Shown: piece by piece, positions 11,365-20,137 of the stretch
Numbering within the stretch: the first letter of the stretch is position 1
Layout: each line of letters begins with the position of its first letter
Assembly (NCBI RefSeq): GCF_004010195.1
Contig: NC_057718.1
Location: 103,853,963 to 103,879,123, forward strand
DNA length: 25,161 nucleotides
Reading direction: 5' to 3'
Source: Chiloscyllium plagiosum
Lineage: Eukaryota
The notes under the pieces: model-generated
Databases searched by the model: none
The model's input: the letters and a program-made list of their open reading frames with translations, nothing else
Told to the model about the DNA's origin: nothing
Position numbers and translations under genes: made by a program

Positions 11365-12035
11365 CACAGGTTTGGAAGGTGCTGTCAGAGGAGCTTTCAG
11401 TTGTTACAAACCATCCTGTAGATGGTGCAAACTACTGTCACTGTGTTGGTGGTGGAGAGGGTGAATGTCAATAAGGTTCCAATCAAGCATCCCAGATGGT
11501 GGTTGGAGCTGCACCCATCCAGGCAAGTGGGGAGTATTCCATCACACTCCTGACTTGTGCCTTGTAGATGGCGGAAAGGCCTTAGGGAGTCAGAAAGTTA
11601 CTTGCTGTAGCATTCCTAGCCTGTGACGTGCTCTTGTAGCCATTGTGTTTATGTGGTGAGTCCAGTTGAATTTCTGGTTAGTGATAACCCCAGGAATTTG
11701 AGAGTGGAGGATTCAGTGATGGTAACACCATTGAATGTTGAGGACGCTGGCTAGATTGTCTCTTACTGGTGATAGTCACAGCCTGACATTTGTGGGGCAT
11801 GAACGTTACTTGCCACTTGTCAGCCCAAGCCTGGATATTGTTAAGATCTTGTTGCGATTGACATGGACTGCTTCAGTATCTGAGGAGTTGTGAACATTGT
11901 GCAATCATTGGCAAACATTCCCATTTCTGGCATGATGATGGAGGGAAGGTCAATGATGAAGCAGCTGGGGAGTATTCCATCACACTCCTGACTTGTGCCT
12001 TGTTGATGATGCACAGGCTTTGGGGAGTCAGGAGC
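11365..12035 (-). mobile_element. LINE fragment, same family as 5035-5952
   Basis: Directly alignable to 5320-5950 (e.g. ccatccaggcaagtggggagt, gttacttgccacttgtcagcccaag). Minus translation MFANDCTMF is the RT FADD motif. Confidence 0.85.
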
Positions 12036-12039
12036 AGTT

Positions 12040-12125
12040 ATGAAGGATACGCAGTAGATCATAGCTTGGTCGGCATTGGACTGAAGGTTCTGTTTTCGTG
12101 CTGTATACCTCTATGACGCTATGAC
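12040..12125 (+). mobile_element. CR1/HER1-type 3' tail fragment
   Basis: ttggactgaaggttctgttttcgtgctgtatacctctatgac matches the tails at 18160-18200 and 22080-22136. Confidence 0.65.
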
Positions 12126-12603
12126 CATCTCCAAACAGAAAAGTTTGCTTTAATGCTGCTGATGCAAGGCATCGCAAGAATATGATGCAATGCTAAGTAT
12201 ACCACCGTGTTGCATCAGCATAGAGAATCCTGCCATAAAAACATTTTCAAACATTTCTAAGGGTCCCTTTAAAATGTAATTAATTTCCTTTATTTCCCCA
12301 AATAATTTTTAAACTGTGCTCACTTCCCGAACACAAATATATTTTTCTGCAATATGGAAAAGGTAGTTTTTTAAAAAATCTATACAGTACCATCTCATAA
12401 ATGTAAGTTGAGTATCAAAGGTAATTAGTGCTGATTGTTTGGTGCGACTGAGCCTGACCTTATACTAATCCAGGGGAAGTGCAGAAGAGAGAAACAGACA
12501 GAAACTGATTATTTAAAAGAGACATTTAAGTGGCATTGTGCATTTCTGTACCGATATTCAGTTGCCTGGATTTACAAAACACTGAGCTTATATCTAAATG
12601 CCA

Positions 12604-12955
12604 GTGTGACATGGTGGCTCAGTGGTTAGCACTGCTGCCTTACAGCACCAGGGACCCGAGTTTGATTTCACTCTTGGGCGACTGTCTGTGTGGAGTTTAC
12701 ATGTTCTCCTGTGTCTGTGTAGGTTTCCTCCGGGTGCTCCGGTTTCCTCCCACAGTTCAGAGATGTACAAGTTGGGGTGGATTGGCCATGCTAAATTATC
12801 CATACTGTCTAGGGATGTTCAGGTTAGGTGGGTTAGCCATGTGGAATGCAGGGTTACAGGGATGGGGTGGGACTGGGTGGGATGTTGTTTGGAGGATGGG
12901 TGTGGACTCGATGGGCTGAATGGCTTGTTTCTGCACTGTAGGGATTCTATGATTC
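12604..12955 (+). mobile_element. HE1-like SINE, near full length
   Basis: A-box-like tggctcagtggttagc head, central gtttcctccgggtgctccggtttcctcccacag, tail tgtagggattctatgattc. Confidence 0.92.
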
Positions 12956-13064
12956 AAGGTGCTGGGTTCTTTTCCAGGTCTTTAGTGTTAGTCACAAGCA
13001 ATATGCTTTCATCTCGAAATAACCTCAGATTTTAAGAGATTTAATCAACACAAGAGGCTGAAAA

Positions 13065-13250
13065 AAACAACTTGCAATTAAATAAAGTATTTAATGTAAA
13101 AAAAAATCTCAAGATGATTCACAAGTGCTCCTTGAGGAAACAGATGCTGGGTCATGGAAGCAGCGATTAAAATGATAAGTTAAATGGTTCTGCTTTTACT
13201 AAAGGTTCTTCATGGTGAGGGAGGTCTCAGGATGGAATTCCAGAGAGTGT
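13065..13250 (-). mobile_element. L2-type 3' end remnant
   Basis: aacaacttgca...ttcacaag...ggaattccagag, similar to 4936-5030 and 5955-6050. Confidence 0.45.
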
Positions 13251-13261
13251 GCTCTCTGTGT

Positions 13262-13470
13262 AGCAACCCTGGCTTACCATCTTGTACTCTTGCCTCAAAA
13301 GGAGAGGGCTGTGGGTTCAGAGACTCAAGTGATTTGCTAATACTCCCAGTGTTGAGCCGCCAGCTCCACTGTCAGCGGGGCTCCCTTTGGGAAGAGACAT
13401 TAAACTGAGGGCACTGCACTGTCTTGTGCTTTAAGGTAATGTTGCTACCTGCAGAGTTAATCCTGGTCTT
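13262..13470 (+). mobile_element. Degenerate DeuSINE (SacSINE1-like) 5' part
   Basis: ctcttgcctc...gtgggttca head, then actgtc...gagacattaaactgagg Deu-domain-like motif. Confidence 0.5.
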
Positions 13471-13508
13471 CAGGATCTTGGGTCTTGGGTGTCTACACAC
13501 ACACATTT

Positions 13509-13716
13509 AAAGTTAAAAATCATACGACACCAGGTTATATTCCAACAGGTTTAATTGGAAGCACTAGCTTTCAGACCACTGCTCCTTCACGACCTCCTGA
13601 TGAAGGAGCAGCACTCCGAAAGCCAGCGCTTCCAATTAAACCTGTTGGACTATAACCTGGTGTCGTGTGATTTTTAACTTTGTACACCCCAGTCCAACAC
13701 CAGCATCTCCAAATCA
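13509..13716. mobile_element. Penelope-derived inverted-repeat element (81-bp arms) with hammerhead core, third family
   Basis: 13509-13589 vs 13601-13681 match at 73/81 as reverse complements. CTGATGA-A-GGAG-cagca-CTCC-GAAA-GCCA at 13597-13625. Confidence 0.8.
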
Positions 13717-13782
13717 TACATACACATTGTCCTTGAAGCTGTTAACCCTTAAAGCAAAGCTCTTGCACGCTGCACTTACAGA

Positions 13783-14078
13783 GCTCAGTGGTTAGCATTG
13801 CTGCCTCACATCACGAGGGATCTGGGTTCAATTCCAGACTCAGGTGACTGTCTGAGTGGAGTTTATGTGTTCTCCTGTGCTCCGGTTTCCTCCCACAGTC
13901 CAAGGATGTGCAGGTTAGGTGAATTGGCCATGCTAAATTGCCCATCAGGGATGTGTAGATTAGGTGCATTAGTCAGGGGTAAAATGTAGAGCAATCTGGG
14001 TGTGGGATACTTCTTAGAGATTTGGTATGGATTTGTTGAGCCAAATGGTCTGTTTCCATACGGTAACGATTCTATGAT
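13783..14078 (+). mobile_element. HE1-like SINE
   Basis: Alignable to 12604-12955. Confidence 0.88.
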
Positions 14079-14429
14079 GAAGGAGAGTATTAACTTTGCT
14101 GGTTAGTCAATCCAGCTCTGTAAAGTAGTGTCAGAGACCTTTCACTTTACATCCACAGTTGAGCCTAATATCTTCTCTCAATCTCTTAGTGAAATCAGAT
14201 TCACTTATTATCACACACTAAATTATTGTGCTCCTCCTCAGTTTCTTTCTACCTGGACTTTCCATGTTTTATTTTTACTTATTCGCTTAATGATGTAATC
14301 CTCACATCATTATTAACGTTATTGCTATTACGTTACCATCCTCCACAACTCCTCAAAGTTTGAATTTCATAATCAGCAGGATCTTGATCTCTGATGGATA
14401 TCCTGGGTCGGTTTCATTTGCTTTTAGCC

Positions 14430-15000
14430 TCAGGATGATGGTGTTGTACCTGGGTCTGGGTTGGCTGAAGCCCCAGTCCCTTTGCCTTGCACACTCTGTG
14501 ATGTAGTATTGGTGTGGGCTGTCCCACATCCTCTGATAATCAAAACCTCGCTTCTTGTCTCAGGTAAGGTTAATGCTTCCCTGATCCTCCTGAATATCCC
14601 ATCAGATTTTCTGACAATATAAGACCCCCGTTGATCTGTTCCCCTGATGACCAGCACTCCCTCTAAGGCAAGTGACAAGTGTATAAATATGTTGTCTTCT
14701 CATTCTGCTGTACAGAGGTCTGCTGAATGGGAAAATAAGTTCAGGCCATTGAAGTTCAGTCTTCCTGTCCCTTAACTAAACTTTCAAAGTTTTCACCTAT
14801 GTCTAGAGTTGAATCATGCTGCTTGTTGCTGTGGATTTTCTCCATTTGTTTCAACTTCATACCGTCTTGAAATCTTATCATTGGCCCAAGATTGTAATTT
14901 AAAACTGGTTTCCAACCTCCCTCCCTAACCATTCCAGTGGCGTTATCTTCTGAGTCCAGTTAATTCCTAGTCCATCTTCTCAGTCTCTCCATTGACAGGT
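14430..15000 (-). pseudogene. Gypsy integrase C-terminal remnant
   Basis: Minus translation with frameshifts: PVNGETEKM (cf. PQSNGEAER), TPLE..GGRLETS, FNSRHR..SLVKGQE, EGVLVIRGTDQRGSYIVRKSDGIFRRIREAL (cf. PRSYxV...G..RRNR..L). Confidence 0.7.
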
Positions 15001-15044
15001 GATTCATGCTCAAAGGGCTGGGTGTTTGACCCTTATTGTTATTT

Positions 15045-15218
15045 TTTATGTTTATGGTTCACCCTGATATGGAACATCATTCCCACATGGTAGTTGACAT
15101 AACAAACACATTTCTGTTCAACTACTACCACCTCCTTCTCTCCAGTGGTGAAGCCCTACTCAGTCTCCACCAAAACTCTCAATATAAAATATATTTGAAT
15201 AAAGGCTGCTTCTAGTCC
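15045..15218 (-). pseudogene. Gypsy RNase H remnant
   Basis: GLEAAFIQIYFILRVLVETE*GFTTGEKEVVVVEQKCVCYVNYHVGMMFHIRVNHK (cf. GLGAVLLQ...SRxLTETExRY...EKEALAV...DYxxGxxFHIETDHKPL). Confidence 0.75.
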
Positions 15219-15221
15219 TTC

Positions 15222-15332
15222 CATAGAATCCCTACAGTTTGGAAACAGGCCATTTGGCCCAACAAGTCTATATTGACCCTCCAAACAGTAACCTACCCAG
15301 ACCCATTCCCCTTACCCTACTACTCTACATAT
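15222..15332 (-). mobile_element. HE1-like SINE 3' fragment
   Basis: catagaatccctacagtttggaaacaggcc...cagacccattcccc matches 9121-9215. Confidence 0.85.
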
Positions 15333-15411
15333 CCTGTTGCTTTCCCCAACATGCTTTGATTAATAATCCTCATTTCTGTTTTCACTTTGCATTCAGGTTT
15401 ATCTCTTGATT

Positions 15412-15544
15412 AGGAGAAAGTGAGGACGGCAGATGTTGGAGTGTCAGAGCCCAAAAGTGTGGCGTTGGAAAAGCACAGCTGGTCAGGCAGCATCCGAGGA
15501 GCAGGAGAGTCGACGTTTCAGGCGTAAGCCCTTCATCAGGAATG
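15412..15544 (-). mobile_element. Short Penelope-like repeat with hammerhead core
   Basis: Minus CTGATGA-A-GGGC-ttac-GCCT-GAAA-CGTC at 15539-15512. Confidence 0.82.
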
Positions 15545-15782
15545 ACAGAATCCTGGACACCATCAGCTCTAAAGCAGAAACTGCAGTGCTCCTATTTCAT
15601 AATAATACTGTTCTGTTGTTACCAAATGAATAGAGATGAAAATGGTCCTCCATTCCTCTGTTTAAGCAACTGAGAATCTAATTTTTCTGAACTGATCATG
15701 TTCCATCTTCAATACTTGAAATGACCCTATGTTAGCTGTTAACATTTCTGTTCACTCTCTGGTCATATTCCTTCTTTTACTT

Positions 15783-16361
15783 AAACCATAAGACATAGCA
15801 GCAGAAATTAGGCCATTCAGCATCTTGAGTCTGCTCCACCATTCAGTCTTGGCTGATAAGTTTCTCAACCCCATTCTTCCTTTTTCTCCCTGTAACCTTT
15901 GATCCCCTTGATATTCAAGAACCTATCTATCTCAGTCTTAAATAAACTCAGTGACCTGGCCTCCACAGCCTTTTGTGGCAGTGAACTCCACAGATTCCCC
16001 ACTCTCTGGTTGAAGAGATGTCTCCTTATCTCTGTTCTAAAAGGTCTTCCCTTAACTCTGAGGCTGTGCCCTTGGGCCCTAGTCTCTCCTCCCAATGGAA
16101 ACATCTTCCCAACATCCACTCTGTCCAGGTCATTCAGTATTCTGTATGTTTCAATTAGATCCCCCCCTCATTCTCCCAAACTCCATTGAGTATAGAACCA
16201 GAGTCCTCAAACGTTCCTTGTACATTCCTTTTCATTCCTGGGACCATTCTTGTGAACCTCCTGTGAACATGTTCCAAGGCCAATACATCTTTCCTGAGAA
16301 ATGGGGCCCAAAACCACACACAATATTCCAAATGTGGTCTGACCAGAGCCTTATGGAGCCT
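15783..16361 (-). mobile_element. CR1-type LINE 3' fragment
   Basis: [19 protein letters not shown]...[11 protein letters not shown] and GHSLRVKGRPFRTEIRRHLFNQRVGNLWSSLPQ. Tail cttatggt. Confidence 0.92.
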
Positions 16362-16738
16362 TGTGTAATATGTTATCACCCACATGACAAATGGATCCTG
16401 TTTCACATCCAACGGCCTGGACATTGTTTTATGAGAAATCTGTGGTGCAGAGAAGATTCCAAATGGTAGATGGTCAAAGCATTACACCTCCCAACTCCCA
16501 AACTGTGTCGTAAATGCAGTCAGCAATCTTGGCTCTTGGTTTAAGAACATCTACCAGGACCCACTGTTGGCATTCGGATTTGTGATGAGCTGGCTTGTTG
16601 TCATCCAAGGACAAAATAAGAAGGGTTTCTCTTTGTAAGTTTTTTTGTTTAAATAAGAAATCTGCACTTAATCTTATTCTCCTTTCATCTTGGGAACTGT
16701 TACTAGCCCAGAGACCATTCTGTCAGTTCTCTCTACTC
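16362..16738 (-). pseudogene. Gypsy reverse transcriptase remnant
   Basis: SGLVTVPKMKG/RIRLSADF...LQRE, NANSGSW*MFLNQEPRLLTAFTTQFG...[33 protein letters not shown] (cf. LDANSGFWQIPL...LPFGISSAPEIFQRTM...ICHMDDILIHG). Confidence 0.88.
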
Positions 16739-16744
16739 TTCTAT

Positions 16745-16872
16745 TAATCAAAGGGATGAAGGGGCATGGGCTAAAGGGAGGTGAGTGAGGTGAGGTCTCA
16801 GATCAGTCATGATCACACTGAATGGTAAAACAGACCTGAGGGGCTGAATGTCTCACTCCTGTTCCTGTGTTG
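16745..16872 (+). mobile_element. CR1-type 3' tail fragment
   Basis: gatcagtcatgatc...gaatgg...gagggctgaatg..ctcctgttcct, the reverse-complement type of 22230-22300 and 15790-15860. Confidence 0.7.
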
Positions 16873-16884
16873 TGATGTTATTAT

Positions 16885-17637
16885 GCTCTCTCACTGAAGT
16901 TTTACTTTTTCTGTCAGAGGGTGAAGGATTTTCCTGGGACTGCGGAAGAAGGTGGGTTTAGCATCACCTTGCAGGGGATGGGATTCTTGTGTTTCAATTT
17001 GAATAAACCTTCAAACAGCGTTGGAAGTTCTCGCTGCTTGTTTCTCCCATATTTGTTTTGGAATATTGTAGCTACGCTCTCCAAGAGATCAATATTAAAA
17101 CTCAGCTTCTGCCAAGCAAAGAAGTATTCTGATTCTTTGCATATATAGCGATTGTCTGATATTTTACTCTCTGTAACGAAGCTTCTGGGTGAGCTGCCCA
17201 CTCATCTGAAGGTCTGTGTCTCCTGGACCTTGGAATTTTAAGTTAGTTGGTCCAAATGTCACAAACCATGGCAAGTTGCCTGCCACTGCAGTGAGTTTAA
17301 ATTCTAGGTCAAACCTTTGTACTTTCACATTGATGACACAGTGTCTGTTTTGAATCTCTTTGTAAGAGGCTTGCCCGAAACGTCGATTCTCCTGTTCCTC
17401 GGATGCTGCCTGACCTGCTGCGCTTTTCCAGCAACACATTTTCAGCTTGAATCTCTTTGACCTCACGTAGGAATGGCGCCTTCATCTTTTGCGTCTCATC
17501 TTTAATTTGTGAATGTATGATTCTCATCTTTACGGACTTTTCTTCCTTCTGCGAGACTTCTCCATTCTTTTCAAGATGATGAAAGTGCTGTCAACTTACA
17601 GTATTTTCTGAAGTGAAGCTGCTGTTTCTTTACAGAA
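16885..17637 (-). pseudogene. Gypsy Gag zinc knuckle, protease and RT N-terminus remnant (interrupted at 17363-17459)
   Basis: FC-KKQQLHFRKYC (CCHC-like), PFLREVKEIQ|NRHCVINVKV...FKL...KFQGPGDTDLQMSGQLTQKLRY, KNQNTSLLGRS, ELPTLFEGLFKLK, LQGDAKPTFFRSPRKILHPLTEKV. Confidence 0.8.
17363..17446 (+). mobile_element. 84-bp truncated Penelope-like repeat with 13-bp TSD
   Basis: gcccgaaacgtcgattctcctg...ttttcagc, flanked by ttgaatctctttg at 17350-17362 and 17447-17459. Confidence 0.9.
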
Positions 17638-18200
17638 CTGACCATTGGTTCAGCCACTTTTGGAATACTGCGGTTAATTCTGGTCTCCCTCCTATTGGAA
17701 GGATGTTGAGAAACTAGAAAGGGTTCAAAAAAGATTTACAAGGACGTTGCCATGTTTGGAGGATTTGAGCTATAGGGAGAGGCTGAATAGGCCAGGGCTG
17801 TTTTCCCTGGAGCGTCACAGGCTGAAGAGTGACCTTATAGAGGCTTATAAAATCATGAGGGGCATGGATAGGGTGAATAGTCAAGATCTTTTTCCTGGGG
17901 TGGGGGGAGTCCAAAACTAAAATGCATAGGTTTAGGGTGAAGGGGGCAGATTTAAAAGAGACCTAAGGGGCAACTTTTTCACACAGAGGGTGGTGCAAAT
18001 ATGGAATGAGCTGCCAGAGGAAATGGAGGAAGCTGGTATGATTACAACATTTAAAAGGCATCTGGATGGGTATATGAATAGGAAGGATTTAGAGGGATAT
18101 GGGCCAAGTGTTGGCAAATGGGACTAGACTTATATAGGATATCTGGTCGGCATAGACAAGTTGGATCAAAGGGTCAGTTTCAATGCTATATATCTCCACT
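17638..18200 (+). mobile_element. HER1/CR1 LINE 3' fragment
   Basis: Highly similar to 21560-22136 and the reverse of 23214-23571. Encodes CR1 ORF2 C-terminal motifs. Confidence 0.92.
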
Positions 18201-18204
18201 ACCG

Positions 18205-18480
18205 TATAACCAATTTTGGGTTCTGATTTCTGCCTATTTCATGAATTGAATTAACTGTCCCAATGTCAAATCCTCCTTGCATTGAACAAAATTTGATAAT
18301 TTATCATCTCTCATGCTTATTTATTAAAATAATCTTAATCTAATTAATTTATCCTTCCAAGTTCCATACCTGCTGCATCCAGCTGGATGAATATGTATCA
18401 GTTAAAAAGGCTTCAATTGACTCTCCTAAACACTGAGATGATCGACTGAGTTGCTAACATTCTATATTAAAATTTCTCAG
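18205..18480 (-). pseudogene. Gypsy Gag remnant
   Basis: RNFNIEC*QLSRSSQCLGESIEAFLTDTY / YGTWKDKLIRLRL / MRDDKLSNFVQCKEDLTLGQLIQFMK*AEIR (cf. Q.PGESVEAFITDLY...YGxLKDELIRDR...DLTLxKAI). Confidence 0.8.
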
Positions 18481-18489
18481 TAATTTAAC

Positions 18490-18960
18490 TTTGCTACAAA
18501 AAGACACAAAGTTAAAGCTTCTTGCTTTGCCCTCATCAGGACTGGAACTCAAGAAAACTAAACTAGGAGAAGGGGAACACCAATTTATCCAGCATGAGAA
18601 GTGGGTGCTGATTGGTTGGGCCATAATTGGTGTGGAGATGCAGCAGGAACCATTAACTGCCAATCTTAGTGGGCTGGAAAACCATAGACAGGGCAGATAG
18701 ATCCTGATTGGTCAGTGGGTTGCCATTGGGAATGCAGAAGGGATTAGTGGTCTCGATGGCGCTTTTCTCAATTAAAATGATGTAATAAATTGACAAATTC
18801 TTTTGCCTACATGGAAGAGGGTCTTGTGTGTAAATATGCGTAGCTTCCAGCACACCCGTATGTTTCACTTGGCAAGCCTGACTGACAATATCATGTATGT
18901 AAGTTTTATGTTCTAATGACTGATGGATCGAATCTAAAAGGAGCATCCCTTTAACCATTT
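18490..18960 (-). mobile_element. Penelope-like 3' fragment, different lineage
   Basis: IVSQACQVKHTGVLEATHIYTQDPLPCRQK resembles the PLE GIY-YIG C-terminus (LEAxYI...PxLCxQK). Degenerate CTGATGA core at 18539-18533. Confidence 0.6.
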
Positions 18961-19276
18961 ACAGTGGGCAATGTGTTGATCGGATTCCAAAGGCAGAAGT
19001 ACTGAGAGACAAAGAAGTAATGAGAATGAAATCTGAATAATCTGCAGAATATATGCGCCCCATTATAGATGGTCTAATTAAGGCATACCAGTCTTGATGT
19101 ATTATTCATTTATGCAAACACAAACATCATTTACGTCTTTGGGAAGTGTGAAATTACTGATGCCCTGTATTTGTATTTTTATCCAGTTTTATCTTTTGCA
19201 TTTGAATTAGGGGCTTGTATTGTCTTTGATTTGCTGAGCAAGCTGGACAGAATGTAGCAAAGGCACCTCATTAGGG

Positions 19277-19335
19277 GCCTGATTATTCGAATTTTGATGT
19301 ATTTTAGCCTGATTATCTAGTTTTGATGTATTTTA
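19277..19335 (+). repeat. About 30-bp imperfect tandem duplication
   Basis: gcctgattattcgaattttgatgtatttta / gcctgattatctagttttgatgtatttta. Confidence 0.85.
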
Positions 19336-19344
19336 TATGCTGAT

Positions 19345-20130
19345 TTGTCCAGCCCTGATACCATATTGTACACTTGGCTGGCTTCCTCCAGTCCTCCCCC
19401 AATAAACTCCCTCATTGATGCTGGCCATATTTTAAATCACATCAAGTCCCATTCAACTATCACTCCTACTGTCCCTCACCTACATTGCCTCATGCAATCC
19501 TTGTGTATTTTTTATTTAATTCATTCATGGGGTGAGGGCATCTCTGGCAATGCCAGCATTTAGTGCCCATCCCTAATTGCTCCCTCTCGCTATCTCTGTG
19601 ATCTCCTCCAACACCACAACCTTCCAATTACATCTTTATTCCCTTAATTTTAGTCTCTTTAATATTTTGTTTTTATTCATTTATAGGATGTGGGTGTCAC
19701 TGGCTCATCCAGCATTTATCAGCCAGAGGACAGTTCAGAGTCAACCACATTGCTGTGGGTCTGGAGTCACATGTAGGTCAGAGCGGGTAAAGATGGCAGA
19801 TTCCTTCCCTAAAGGACATTAGTGAATCAGATGGGTTTTTACTACAATTGATAATGGTTTCACAGTCACTATTAAACTCTTAGTTCCAGATTTTTAAAAT
19901 TGACTTCAAATTCCACCATCTGCTGTGGTGAGACTTGAACTAGTATCCCCAGAACATCATCAGAATGTCTGAGTTAATAGTTTATGATTATTTTAAACCA
20001 TCATTGGCAACTGCGTCTTCAACTGCCAGACCTTACACTGTGAATTTCTCTTCCTTCAATATCCTATCTCTTGATTTGCCCAATTAAGTTGCTTCTTAAA
20101 GCTACCCTTTTAATCAATCTTTTGGTCTTG
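19345..20130 (+). mobile_element. Old L2 LINE 3' remnant, fragmented (tail continues at about 22137-22225)
   Basis: AGHILNHIKSHSTITPTVPHLHCL (cf. AARILT..K...ITPVLxxLHWLP), with L2-like terminal sequence at 19995-20130. Confidence 0.6.
19672..19980 (-). mobile_element. tRNA-derived SINE sharing its tail with the 5035-type LINE
   Basis: B-box-like gttcaagtctcacc on the minus strand near 19925-19940. Tail ttcatttataggatgtgggtgtcactggc..ccagcattta matches 5036-5085. Confidence 0.7.
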
Positions 20131-20137
20131 CAAATCT

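Noticed and set aside
12157..12220. 11-bp inverted repeat tgctgatgcaa / ttgcatcagca
   Set aside because: Too short, with no TSD. It could be chance or an unrecognisable MITE relic.
12604..12680. tRNA-like sequence
   Set aside because: It is the head of an HE1 SINE, not a tRNA gene.
14428..14563. Plus-strand exon-like segment (ttttag|...cag|gtaagg)
   Set aside because: Lies antisense within the Gypsy integrase remnant and the peptide is unrecognisable.
15545..15782. Expected Gypsy RT continuation (KKEYDQRV, GMEDH)
   Set aside because: Position fits, but similarity is too weak to list as a separate feature.
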